From Eledone cirrhosa (Eukaryota), in the NCBI GenBank assembly GCA_964016885.1, contig OZ024740.1, forward strand, positions 32,984,001-33,048,000: 64,000 nt of DNA, in the 5' to 3' direction. Position numbers and translations under genes: made by a program. Of the stretch, positions 1-12,701 are shown piece by piece. The notes under the pieces were generated by a model, which saw only the letters and a program-made list of their open reading frames with translations, made no database searches and had not been told where the DNA came from. Positions within the stretch are counted from its first letter, which is position 1, and each line of letters opens with the position of its first letter.

Positions 1-3000
1 TCTCTATAATAATCTTAACTGCTGTAATAACTTCTGTATAATAATCTTAACTGCTGTAATAACTTCTCTATAATAATCTTAACTGTTGTAATAACTTCTC
101 TATAATAATCTTAACTGTTGTAATAACTTCTCTATAATAATCTTAACTGTTGTAATAACTTCTCTATAATAATCTTAACTGCTGTAATAACTTCTCTATA
201 ATAATCTTAACTGTTGTAATAACTTCTCTATAATAATCTTAACTGCTGTAATAACTTCTGTATAATAATCTTAACTCTTGTAATAACTTCTCTATAATAA
301 TCTTAACTGTTGTAATAACTTCTCTATAATAATTTTAACTGCTGTAATAACTTCTGTATAATAATCTTAACTGTTGTAATAACTTCCTTATAATAATCTT
401 AACTGCTGTAATAACTTCTCTATAATAATCTTAACTGCTGTAATAACTTCTCTATAATAATCTTAACTGCTGTAATAACTTCTCTATTATAATCTTAACT
501 GCTGTAAAAACTCCTCTCTAATAATCTTAACTGCTGTAATAACTCCTCTCTAATAATCTTAACTGCTGTAATAACTTCTGCATAATAATCTTAACTGTTG
601 TAATAACTTCTCTATAATATGGAGGAACATGGCTTAGTGGTTAGAGCATTGGTCTTGCAATCGAAAGGTTGTGAGTTCAATTCTCAGACCGGGTGATGTG
701 CTGTTTCCTTGATCAAGACACTATACTTCACATTGCTCCAGTTTACTCAGCTGTAGAAATGAGATGATAGGCCTGGGGACCCTATCATTCCACTGCAAAG
801 TGGTCGTGGAGGTGCCACGGCAAAAAAGCACCCAGCCTACACTGTAAAGTGGACGTGGAGGTGCCACGGCAAAAAAGCACCCAGCACTCACTGTAAATAA
901 AGTTGGTGTTAGGAAGGGCATCCAGCTGTAGAAATCAAGCCAGAATCAGTTCCCGTCACACCCTTGCAAGCAGGGAGAAGTGGACGTAAAATGATGATGA
1001 TGATGATAATAATCTTAACTGCTGTAATAACTTCTCAATTATGATCTTAACTGTTGTAATAACTATTATAATCTTAAGTGTTGTAATAACTCTATTAAAA
1101 TCTTAACTGTTGTAATAACTCCTCTATAATAACTTCTGTATAATAATCTTAACTCTTGTAATAACTCTATTAAAATCTTAACTCTTGTAATAACTCTATT
1201 AAAATCTTAACTCTTGTAATAACTCCTCTATAATAATCTTAACTGTTGTAATAACTTCTGTATAATAATCTTAACTCTTGTAATAACTTCCCTATAATAA
1301 TCTTAACTGCTGTAATAACTTCTGTATAATAATCTTAACTGCTGTAATAACTCCTCTATAATAATCTTAAATGCTGTAATAACTTCTCTATAATAATCTT
1401 AACTGCTGTAATAACTCCTCTATAATAATCTTAACTGCTGTAATAACTTCTCTATAATAATCTTAACTGCTGTAATAACTTCTCTATAATAATCTTAACT
1501 GCTGTAATAACTTCTCTATAATAATCTTAACTGCTGTAATAACTCCTCTATAATAATCTTAACTGTTGTAATAACTTCTCTATAATAATCTTAACTATTG
1601 TAATAACTCCTGTATAATAATCTTAACTGCTGTAATAACTTCTCTATAATAATCTTAACTGATGTAATAACTCCTCTATAATAATCTTAACTGCTGTAAT
1701 AACTCCTGTATAATAATCTTAACTGCTGTAATAACTCCTCTATAATAATCTTAACTGCTGTAATAACTCCTGTATAATAATCTTAACTGCTGTAATAACT
1801 CCTGTATAATAATCTTAACTGCTGTAATAACTTCTGTATAATAATCTTAACTGCTGTAATAACTCCTGTATAATAATCTTAACTGCTGTAATAACTTCTC
1901 TATAATAATCTTAACTGCTGTAATAACTCCTGTATAATAATCTTAACTGCTGTAATAACTCCTGTATAATAATCTTAACTGCTGTAATAACTCCTCTATA
2001 ATAATCTTAACTGCTGTAATAACTTCTGTATAATAATCTTAACTGCTGTAATAACTTCTGTATAATAATCTTAACTGCTGTAATAACTTCTGTATAATAA
2101 TCTTAACTGCTGTAATAACTTCCGTATAATAATCTTAACTGCTGTAATAACTTCTCTATAATAATCTTAACTGCTGTAATAACTCCTGTATAATAATCTT
2201 AACTGCTGTAATAACTCCTGTATAATAATCTTAACTGCTGTAATAACTCCTCTATAATAATCTTAACTGCTGTAATAACTTCTGTATAATAATCTTAACT
2301 GCTGTAATAACTTCTGTATAATAATCTTAACTGCTGTAATAACTTCTGTATAATAATCTTAACTATTGTAATAACTTCCGTATAATAATCTTAACTGTTG
2401 TAATAACTTCTGTATAATAATCTTAACTGCTGTAATAACTTCCGTATAATAATCTTAACTGCTGTAATAACTTCTCTATAATAATCTTAACTATTGTAAT
2501 AACTTCTGTATAATAATCTTAACTGTTGTAATAACTTCTGTATAATAATCTTAACTGTTGTAATAACTCCTGTATAATAATCTTAACTGTTGTAATAACT
2601 CCTGTATAATAATCTTAACTGTTGTAATAACTCCTGTATAATAATCTTAACTGTTGTAATAACTCCTGTATAATAATCTTAACTGCTGTAATAACTCCTG
2701 TATAATAATCTTAACTGCTGTAATAACTCCTCTATAATAATCTTAACTGTTGTAATAACTCCTGTATAATAATCTTAACTGCTGTAATAACTCCTCTATA
2801 ATAATCTTAACTGTTGTAATAACTCCTGTATAATAATCTTAACTGTTGTAATAACTCCTGTATAATAATCTTAACTGCTGTAATAACTCCTCTATAATAA
2901 TCTTAACTGTTGTAATAACTCCTGTATAATAATCTTAACTGTTGTAATAACTCCTGTATAATAATCTTAACTGCTGTAATAACTCCTGTATAATAATCTT

Positions 3001-3038
3001 AACTGCTGTAATAACTCCTCTATAATAATCTTAACTGT
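1..3038. repeat. 32-bp minisatellite (TATAATAATCTTAACTGCTGTAATAACTTCTC variants), in the intron after KDM6A-like coding exon 2; interrupted by a SINE
   Basis: Unit recurs at 421, 453 etc.; array runs off the left edge. Confidence 0.97.
621..1006 (+). mobile_element. tRNA-derived SINE with RTE-LINE-derived 3' half and (ATG)n tail
   Basis: A box TGGCTTAGTGG, B box GAGTTCAATTC; 3' half matches the 3' UTR of the LINE at 61510-61662; sister copies at 29391-29747 and 40049-40347. Confidence 0.9.
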
Positions 3039-3765
3039 TTTGAGTTTATTATATGTACATCAATTTTGAAAAACAAAAGAATATTTCTCTATAAACAGAA
3101 TATTATTTAGACAAATTAAGAATTTAAACATTAAAGACTCTAGAATGTAACGTTATTTAATTCTAAAGACCAAAGTTTTACTTGGACTATAATTTAATCA
3201 ATTTAAAAAGAAGATAACAAGAAAATAGGGAAACTAAAAACAGTTTTTAAATAAGGCGCAATTAAAATCTGTACGATTTGTGTAGGCGGAGGTGGGTGGA
3301 TAGTTTAACTATCAAGAAAATAGAAAATTTGAAACCAAAAAATGTTAACCCTTGTTTACAATGTGACACTATCAGACAATTAGACAGATTCAATGTTAAG
3401 GACAAATGTACCGATGGAACCATTTTAGTAGAATTGAAATTTAAGAGACAGATTGGGAATGTTAAGATATATTGACTGTTTGAAAATGATGTTTACACTT
3501 TTATAGAATGGCGCCTCCATGTCAACAAAATAAAAACTATATAACATTCTTGCATGGCATTTCACAAGTGAGAAAACTTGCAAGATTGGAAAAGTAATAA
3601 TTATAATTTCCGCCTGTCGTTATTCGTAGACAGTTTCGGGTTGTCTACAGACACAAAACATGTTGGACTTTTAGGAAGATCTTGGATTCTTCCATAAGAT
3701 AGGATTGTTGTAAAATCTAAGACGTAGAAAGTATTCCAGTATTTAAAACAAACTGTGCAACCTAC

Positions 3766-3829
3766 CTTTTCAAGAAGACGTCTCTTAGGTTGGTCACCAT
3801 CATCCAGATGAATGAATCCAAACAGGCAA
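3766..3829 (-). CDS. KDM6A: KDM6A/UTX-like H3K27 demethylase, coding exon 2 (64 nt; (S)CLFGFIHLDDGDQPKRRLLEK)
   Basis: Acceptor ttttatttcag, donor AAG|gtagg; phase 2 joins exon 1; joined peptide EERQNLLEIDSCLFGFIHLDDGDQPKRRLLEK resembles, from memory, the UTX N-terminus [32 protein letters not shown]. Confidence 0.82.
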
Positions 3830-4131
3830 CTGAAATAAAATAAAAACCCTTTCTCTTTATCTGAAGAGTTAAACTTAAAGGATAAACTGTAAAGACGGGA
3901 ATGAGAAAGAAAGAGTGTGAGAGAGAGTAATTAAAAATGTGTGTGAAGGTGTCCAGAGCAAGGTAGATATCGTGGGCCGAGCCACATGACATACACAGAG
4001 CACACTGACCTAACAAGATGCAGAAAAAGGACAGACAGACTGATAAAACCTTATTGCGTGTTTCAGTAAACAGCATCATTATATAAAAACCTTAACAAAT
4101 AAATATCACAAAGTTTGAAATAATAACGAAC

Positions 4132-4214
4132 CTATCAATTTCTAAAAGGTTTTGCCGCTCTTCTGTCGACAAAACCTGAACAGCCGTGTTTTCGGTAAGT
4201 GTTTCCGTGCCCAT
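4132..4214 (-). CDS. KDM6A: KDM6A/UTX-like coding exon 1 (MGTETLTENTAVQVLSTEERQNLLEID+AG)
   Basis: ATG at 4214 in aaacATGG context, 83 nt open, donor AG|gttcgt; frame-compatible with the 3766-3829 exon. Confidence 0.8.
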
Positions 4215-4306
4215 GTTTCATTAAGTACAAAATAGAAAACAGACTTTAAAAAAAAATAAAAGCCAGAGAGATAAATAAAGACAGGATGTAATGAGTACCC
4301 CCTCAG

Positions 4307-4357
4307 TAACAACCAATCAGAAGCTACGTCTCATCTTTTAATAACAACCAATCAGAA
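4307..4357. promoter_or_regulatory. Two CCAAT (NF-Y-type) boxes, TAACAACCAATCAGAA x2, 35 bp apart; likely KDM6A-like promoter
   Basis: Identical 16-mers at 4307-4322 and 4342-4357, about 100-140 bp upstream of the ATG; fits the RRCCAATCA consensus. Confidence 0.65.
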
Positions 4358-5859
4358 ACTTTGGTTCATATGCACTTACAATCCATCAGCTTTAGTAACG
4401 GAATATCAAGTGTCTGCGCACTAGCACACTGCTGTGTATTATTATCAATGTGGTGTATAGAAGTACTTCATTAAATTAATTATACACTGTATTTTTTTTT
4501 ATATTTTATTAATTACATATAATAAAAAGTAAACATGATATAACAGCAAGTGTTGTCATATATGTCACTAGTTGATTCTATAAGATGAGTATTACATTAC
4601 AGATAACACAAATTAAGTTAATTACCGCGGATGCAATGTCAATCGAATTAATAAATCTTACCATATTTCACAGTTCTATATTAATGTTCTTTTCTTCTTT
4701 TATCGTATGATAAAAACGGTAAATAAAAAATAATCGAAGGGAAACAATTGACAATTTTCTGAATCTGCGCACCAGCTTCCATTAATTCTTCAACCTAACT
4801 TTTTACACAAATAAATTCAGATGATCTGCTTGGTGAAAGAAGCATGCTAAGGGGGGTCATTTCGTTTATTACCCACTCTGGTTTACCTGCATGGTAATCA
4901 CTCACACAACGTTGTAAATCATAACACCTTTCTCTTCAACCTTACATACACAGATACAGTCAACATGAAATTTAGAAACCTTGCTTTACACACGCCTGAC
5001 ATTTTTTTTTTACGTTACTATACTTTGCATTACAAACTTCGTAATTCTCTAGAACATTCTCACTACACGCACCAAACAGCATAAATTCTACATCCAACGA
5101 TGTAGTGTGCAAGAAAGAACACTGCACTAGTATGGACAAGTGCTGTGTATGGAAGATAACAGTTGTATATAGAAGAGCAGAAAAATCTGTGGATGGAACC
5201 TGTGGAAGAGGCAAACCCAGAAAGACGTGATCTCACAACAAAATGTCAAGGATTAGCAACATGTGGTAATGGAGAAAACTCACCAACCAAGCATAAAAAT
5301 GTGACCCATTCATGCCTCCTACTCTACCATCGTTTCTTAGTAACTATTCTAACCTTCACTTTGCACCCCACCTCTATCCAGGATTACCCATACCCTGTTA
5401 AATCCCACCACACCAGTCATAGCTCTTTAGTAACAATTGTAACCATTCTTATCAACACTGTTCAGCCTACATCTATCTAGGATCACCCTTACCTTGTTAA
5501 ATCCCACAACACTAGTCATAGCTCTTTAGTAACCAACCATTCTTATCAACACTGTCTACCCCACCTCTATCCAAGACCATCCTAACCCTTTCCTCTTTCA
5601 AATCCCACCACAATTGTCATACAGCTATGACAAACTTTCACACCCCTTTTCTCCCTCACAACACCCCTTGAAATTCCACTACACCTGTCAAACATTCATG
5701 ATGCTTTACTTGTCAACCTCTTTTCCCTCCCACCAATTGTCACTTACTCCCTTGATATAATACTTATAATCTATCTTACTTTCCCCTCCCTCCTCCTAAA
5801 CACAATTCACTTGAAGACAAGTTATCATTCCCCTCTCCCCTAAGGTAGAGAAGACTCCT

Positions 5860-6125
5860 TTTCAGTCAATGAATGACTAATAACCTCTCTTGTGCTGCTG
5901 CCACAATAAATTGCACCCAGTACACTCTCTAAAGAGGTTGGTGTTAGAAAAAGCATTCAGCCATAGAAACCATGTCAAAAAAGGATAGAGCGAACTCTTC
6001 AGTCACATCAGATATGATAACCTCTCAAGTGCTGGTGCTATGAAAAATTACCCAATACACTCTGTAAAGTGGTTGGCACCCAACTATAGAAAACATGCTA
6101 AATAAAAGATTGAGAGGACTTTTCA
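5860..6125 (+). mobile_element. Degenerate tandem fragments related to the RTE/SINE 3' region
   Basis: gcacccagtacactct...ggttggtgttagaaaaagcattcagccatagaaac motif present twice; similar pieces at 9880-10230. Confidence 0.55.
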
Positions 6126-6129
6126 GTGA

Positions 6130-7662
6130 TACATCCACCTCCACTGTTAATTTGGTCACCCAGGTAACAGAATCTATCAACTACTTCTACCAAGCACTCT
6201 GGGCATTTAGTGGAGTTAGTATCTTGTGGGCTGTTGCTACTTAGTGCATCTTTGCAATGACTACATATAAAACCTGCATTCTTTGCTAGCCTACCTGAAG
6301 TCCCATTACATCTCTTGTATACCCACAGTTTGTATTTGGGGAATAGGATTGAGTTTCTACTTACTCCTTTCCTGCATGCTGAACAAGGCCATTTCCCTGA
6401 GGGAATCTGGGCCCCATTTGGATTGGCAGTATTGGTAGAGGGTCAGACGCCATGTTTTGACGTATAGAGTTACGGCCCTTGCCATTCTGAGTTCAAATCC
6501 TGCCAAGGTTAACTTTGCTTTCATCCTTACGGGGTCGATAAAATAAAGTGCCAGTAATGCACTGGGTAATTGCTGGCCTTGTGCCTAACATAGAAACAAT
6601 TATCATTTCTACATACTAGGACTTTGGTCTTTACCAGGTTGACTTTAAGACCTTTAGATTTTAGGCCTTGAAATTTCTTCTCTAGAACTGCCATAGATTC
6701 AGCTATAGGGTTAGATCATCAGCATACAGAAGGTCCCATGGGCAGCCAGTCATAAACTCTTCTGTTGTAGCTTGCAGGATGATGATAAACAGGAGAGGGC
6801 TGAGAACGGAGCCTTGATGTACATCTACCTGCATGCTAAATTCTTCACTATAGTCATTGTTAATTCTAATTGTGCTGACTTCCTCTATACATGGTTTGTA
6901 CACCCTTCACAAGTCACTCATCTACTCCTAGTTTTCTAAGAGCCCACCAGATAACAGAATGGGGGACTCTATCAAAAGCTTTCTCCAGGTCTGGAAATGC
7001 CACGTATAGGGGTTTACTTTCAGCTAGGTACTTCTCCTGCAGTTGCCTCACAAAGAAAAGAGCATCAGTGGTACTTTTACCTGACACAAAATCGAACTGC
7101 ATCTCATCTAAGTTAACTCAGTCTCTGATCAGCTGTGCGATAACTCTTTCTGTGACCTTTATGACCTGGTCAATCAACTTGATGCCTCTATAGTTTTCTC
7201 TGTCTAGGGCATCTCCTTTGCCCTTGTAGCAGTTGACGATGCTGCTGCTATCCCAGTGATTGGGTATGACACCATTTTGTATTACTTGGTTTACCATACG
7301 GGTTGTTAAGGTGACCCACTATCCCGGAAGGTCCAGCTGCTTTGCCTGTCTTCACATCTTTGATTCCCTTACTATACTACTGCTGGTCCCTCTGTTGGGT
7401 TTACTTGGGGCAAACTATTTTCTTCCCATGCATTCTCCTCGTTCAGTAGTCTTTCAGATTGGCACTTCTATGCTACCTTCTTTTCAGTGTCAGTGAGTGC
7501 AAGTACACCATTATCATCTTCGACACACTTCTCTTCATCATCATCACAATTTTCCCTGGTACAGTGCCTCGCAATCCTGAACACCTCTCACCTTTGGTCT
7601 TCGCATCATAGAACATGTTTAAATTTCTTATTTTCTGATTCCCTTCTTGCAAAGTATACCTG
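6130..7662 (-). pseudogene. Decayed RTE-clade LINE reverse transcriptase fragment (frameshifts/stops), same family as 61392-64000
   Basis: ORF pieces QFDFVSGKSTTDALF...DLEKAFDRVP, VHQGSVLSPLLF...LLYADDL; remnants of the Cys/His finger at 6250-6390. Confidence 0.92.
6419..6603 (+). mobile_element. tRNA-derived SINE with Nin/Deu-like core, nested in the RTE fragment
   Basis: ggattggcag...gagttcaaatcc...ggttaactttgctttcatccttacggggtcgataaaataaagt; sister copies at 15843-16033 and 34330-34740. Confidence 0.82.
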
Positions 7663-7807
7663 TCACAATACTGGTGTTTATGTATTGGTATATTACTGGT
7701 ATAATACTGGTGTTTATGTATTGGTATATTACTGGTATTTATGTATTGGGCCTTGGAAATATTTTGACTTCAGTAGAATCTGAATTCCTAAACTTACTAT
7801 GTTTAAC

Positions 7808-8050
7808 TTCAAACAACTAGCATGCTACTCTATATACATTTAGACAACTAGCATGCTACACTATATAACTTTAGACAATTAGCCTGCTACTCTATATACA
7901 TTCAGAAAACTAGCTTGCTACTCTATATACCATCAGACAATGAGCCTGCTACTCTATATAGCTTCAGACAACTAGCTTGCTACTCTATATACCTTCAGAC
8001 AACTAGCTTGCTACTCTATATACCTTCAGACAACTAGCTTGCTACTCTAC
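7808..8050. repeat. 31-bp minisatellite (CTTCAGACAACTAGCTTGCTACTCTATATAC), about 8 copies
   Basis: Periodicity 7962/7993/8024. Confidence 0.85.
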
Positions 8051-8422
8051 CTATGATAGAAACTCTAATAATTAAACAATGTAATTACCATTTAAGATAT
8101 TCTTTTATTTATCAGTCATTAGACAGTGGCCATACTGAATCACCACCTTCATTTAGTCAATCATATCAACTCTCATACTTATTTTTTCAAGCCTGGTATT
8201 TATTTTATTAATCCCTTTTTATGTTGAACTGCTAAGTTACGGGACATAAACACAGACACTCATATATATATGGTGGGTTTCTGCAGTTTCTGTTTACCAA
8301 ATTCCACTCTGAAGACGATCAACCAGTCACTATAGTAGAAGACACTTGCCTGGAGATGCCACACATCAGAACTGAACTCAGAACCACATGGTTGTGAAGG
8401 AATATCCTTAACAGCCATGCAA

Positions 8423-8634
8423 ATCATCATCATCATCATCACCATTTTACGTCCGTTCTTCTACGCTAGCATGGGTTGGACGGGTTGTCCTGTTGTGGGC
8501 AGTAGCCAGTCGGCTGACCTTGTCTTGCTCATATGGGAACTGGAAGAAATTCAGAGAGCTACTGCCACTGCTAGCTGCAAAAGGCTTTTCCCTCAAAATG
8601 AAGGGCAGACTGTATGATGCGTGTATACGAACAG
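8423..8634. mobile_element. Short RTE insertion with internal inversion (3' end on minus strand, ORF piece on plus strand)
   Basis: 8423-8542 matches LINE 3' end 61393-61513; 8541-8634 reads WKKFRELLPLLAAKGFSLKMKGRLYDACIRT on +. Confidence 0.85.
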
Positions 8635-8869
8635 TAATATATACATTAAAATTGGAATAAATATCCAAAAGTATTTAGATTCACCTGTATATGGTCTGAG
8701 TTCAAATCCTACATTGACTGACTTTATTTCTGACCACTGTATAGTAGCAGTAATTATATATGTTCTTATGTCTGACCACTGTGGAGTAATAGTAATGCAA
8801 TCAATTATATATCTTCTCTGCAAAATATTGATCACTGCTGATTGGAAGCTATATTGATGAAGACATGTC

Positions 8870-9190
8870 ATGAAAGAAACTGTTGAGCTGTGAGGAAGGT
8901 AGTTCATGTTTATATCTGTGATATATTGATCAAAACATGTCATCACAGTTGCTTTTGAGCTGTGAGGAAGGTAGTTCATGTTTATATCTGTTATATTGAG
9001 GAAATCATGTCATCAGTGGCTGTTGAGCTGTGAGGAAGGTAGTCCATGTTTATATCTGTTATATTGAGGAAATCATGTCATCAGTGGCTGTTGAGCTGTG
9101 AGGAAGGTAGTCCATGTTTACATCTTTGTTATATTGATAAAAACATGAAAGTGTCTGTTGAGCTGTAAGGTAGTCCATGTTTATATCTGT
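8870..9190. repeat. ~68-bp tandem repeat, about 5 copies
   Basis: gagctgtgaggaaggtag recurs at ~8886, 8957, 9025, 9093. Confidence 0.8.
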
Positions 9191-9234
9191 GTTAATGGAG
9201 ATTACTGGAGTCAGTCTTCTCTGGTGTGGTTTAA

Positions 9235-9430
9235 CCCTTTAGCATTTACATTACTCTATATATACTATTATATTTTCATGGTAAAGGCTTTACCTTACAT
9301 AATATCGAATCTATGAGATTTTGATATTATTTATTTTGAGAACAATACTTTAACATCAGTATGAGTGGCCGGTTTAAACAGAAAGGTGAGAGAATTCTGG
9401 CCATATATGGCCGGGTTAAATGTTAAAGGG
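9235..9430. mobile_element. piggyBac-like MITE
   Basis: TTAA|CCCTTTAGCATTTA...TAAATGTTAAAGGG|TTAA: TIRs with TTAA target duplication. Confidence 0.85.
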
Positions 9431-10239
9431 TTAATAATGCCATTTAATATCTGATTTGACTAACTTTCTTCCAGAGTCCAGAGCACTAACTCACTTCAGA
9501 TTGAAAAACATCCTATTAAATTTGGACAAAATATATTTTGCAATCACTCTGAGTGCTCTTGAGTATACAATGTAGGGTGAAACTTTATCACTTTAGAATT
9601 TCCTGGTCTGCAAAATTCAAGGTAAACCAAACTAGGAAGGTTCATCTTATAAAGGCTATTGGCGTTTGTACTATCTTTAACTCACCTTTGTTCAATCTGT
9701 CTCACCCCTGCAGCTCCTATATAGACTCAAGGGGCCACACTCAACAGTATACTCTCTAACTACTGCGGCTCCTATATATTAGTCCCATTTTCAATGTTAT
9801 GTCACTTTATCCTTTTAGCACAAGCTTACACAATCTGACTTCTCTGTTAAATATAACCAACAACCTCTCTAATAACAGTGCCCCCACTACACCTCATGGT
9901 ATGGTGACAGGAAGGGCATCCCGTTGTAGAAACTATGCTTAAAAGGATTAAGAGAACCCTTCAGTTATATCAATGACACACCAACCTCTTTAGTGTTGGT
10001 GATCTACATGAGAAATGCACCCAGTACACACTGTAAAGTATTTGGTGATAGGAAGGGCATCCAGCCATAGAAAACTTGCCAAACAAAAAGTTAAGACTTT
10101 TCAGTTATGTGAAAGCCATGCACTTCATAGAACACAGAACCATATGTACGCAAGATGCAAACCCCAGCCTGTCTGGGAGGTCTGTGAAGACTCATCCAAC
10201 CTTTGGACATTAAATGAAGATGATGATGATATATATATA

Positions 10240-10298
10240 TATTGGGTCGACAAGTATGAAATTTGTAGAAAAAAAAAAATTTCATACTTGACCCAATA
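10240..10298. mobile_element. Minimal Tc1/mariner-like MITE remnant (two TIRs around an A-run) in a TA tract
   Basis: tattgggtcgacaagtatgaaattt ... aaatttcatacttgacccaata. Confidence 0.55.
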
Positions 10299-10489
10299 TA
10301 CATATATAGAGAGAAATACTGTTTGTTGGTAGCAGATAACAGTATATCCACTAATTTCTATAAATCTCAGATATTAATGACTATATTACCATCATCCCTA
10401 GCTCCTGTATAAAGTCCATCACTTAATTTATATCATGTAAACCACCACAAGGATACTACATCTCAAACAAGATACCAATAATCAGATTT

Positions 10490-10542
10490 GAAAAGAAAAA
10501 AACAAACAATACTTTTTTTTTTTTACTTTTATTTTATTTATT
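10490..10542 (-). terminator. Candidate polyadenylation region of the TRBP/Loqs-like gene
   Basis: Three overlapping AATAAA on minus strand (10528-10542) followed by a U/GU-rich tract; not the only possible site. Confidence 0.4.
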
Positions 10543-11649
10543 GATATTTTTGCTGTTATTTTGTTTCTTATTTACTGTCACTTCCAGATTTTTACAAGAA
10601 TACAGTGTACAAAACTGAAGATACAGACAGACAGTGAAAAATGTTAATTAAATAGTGTTGTGAGGTGTTTCTAATTAAGCAATAAATAAAAATAACTTAC
10701 AAATAAAAATTGGGAATAAAAGAGTCACAAAAAGAAAAAAAGAATTGCAGACAAATAAAAAAAATCATTCCTATCTCCCCCCAGGGTAATGCATAGCCTC
10801 ACATCTGTAATTTAGTTGCCAAAAAAATGGCAATCTAAAAATTACCGCTTGTCTAGTAAGGGTGTAGAAGATTCAAACATCTACATTGTTTAATAATAAA
10901 TGATAAATGTTAATATAATGTAAATAAAAATTAATTATAAATAAAATAAATAGTTTCTTGTTTTAGTGGATATGACAGGAAAAATAAGAATAATAACAAC
11001 AAGTATAATTATTGTTTTAGTAAGGAAATTATGGTGCAGCTAGATTTCTTTTAATTTGAAGTGACATCATGGGATCAAGAGAACATTTCGGAGCTGTCCT
11101 GTATATAAATTGCCAATCAACCTTTTATCTTTGAGCACTTGCTAAACATTAAGGTGAATGTAAACAGATCATTTGTGAATATGGAGGTAAAACAGCAAAT
11201 GAAAGAATGGCAAAATAAATACTTCAGCTATATTTTAGAAGCCTAATCTTATATCAAAGGGAGACTACACAAGCTTCATTAGTTGGAAAACTTATGGAAA
11301 GAAATAAAAATAAACAAAAATTATATTGGTTTATGAATAATGCAATCTAAACTAAAGCATTAGAAATACAGAATGTAGTTAGTTAATTAGACACAATTAT
11401 TATTTCAAATGAAAAATAGAAAAAATAAAACAAGGAAGACTTAAGAGTTTTGTCCGATATTTTTGAATGCTTTTGTTTTTCAAACACTTTAGAAATAAAT
11501 ATAACACTTTACAATAAAAAGAAAAAGAAAGAAAAAGGAACATAATCTTTATATCTATACTAGAATTACAAGAACTGACATAAAATTGATAAGCAACCAA
11601 GTAATGATTTAAAATAGATTTGATATTTTCTAAAATCATGACACAAAAT

Positions 11650-11824
11650 AGATGCATGATGTATGTGGCTGACATCAAACATGTATGTATCTCACACCAG
11701 ACAAATACATGTGTGTGTATGTGTGTGTATATATGGGGCTGACACCAACAGGTACATGATGTGTGTATGTCTGACACTAGACAAATACATGTGTGTGTGT
11801 ATGTCACACACACCAAACAAATAC

Positions 11825-11855
<31 letters not shown>

Positions 11856-12468
11856 GGGCTGACACCAACAGATACATGATGTGTGTATGTGACACCAAAC
11901 AATGGCATGTGTGTGTGTGTATGTGTATGTATGTGTCTGACACCGAATAGATACATGTGTGTATATGTGTCCGACATCAAACAAATGCATGAGTGTATGT
12001 ATGTGTCTGAAATGTTTGAAGTGTTGAATTAAGAGGAAAAAACAAACAATCCAAAACAATTGACTGGATCTAAATAAAATGGAATTGGCAATATTCTAGT
12101 CACATAATCTAGTATGATGTAAAACTAAGGAGACAGTAAACAGCAAAACAAAGGAAAATAAAATGGTAAAAGGAGATTCACAAATGAACGAAAGGTTCTT
12201 CATTAAATGACGGCAACTAATCTGACAAGGTTTAATAAATTTTTCTGCCTTTTTGTTAACTACTTTGGTATTTGCTTTAGCAAATCAAATTATTGATATG
12301 CCAGAAGAAAACTGGCAAAGTTGCAGATGGGCTAATAAAAATCCATGATGTTCAGTCAGCAAGAGTGTAGGTAAGAGTTTAAATATGTGTATGAGAGTGG
12401 ATCTATACCTCTATATGAATGCATGTTTCTCTGTGTGTGTGTGCACATATATATATATATATATATGC

Positions 12469-12499
<31 letters not shown>

Positions 12500-12627
12500 C
12501 ACTACAGACATACGTATATCTGTATGCATGAGTATGTATGTGTATGTCTGTATATATATATAATTATATAGCCCACAGACATGCATATCCATATAAATGA
12601 GTATGTGTGTACATATATATGTATATG

Positions 12628-12701
<74 letters not shown>

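Noticed and set aside
621-700. tRNA gene
   Set aside because: A/B boxes belong to a SINE head that continues into SINE body and LINE tail; no full cloverleaf
3762-4079. 105-aa ORF from the track
   Set aside because: Mostly intron; overlaps the KDM6A-like exon 2 in the wrong frame
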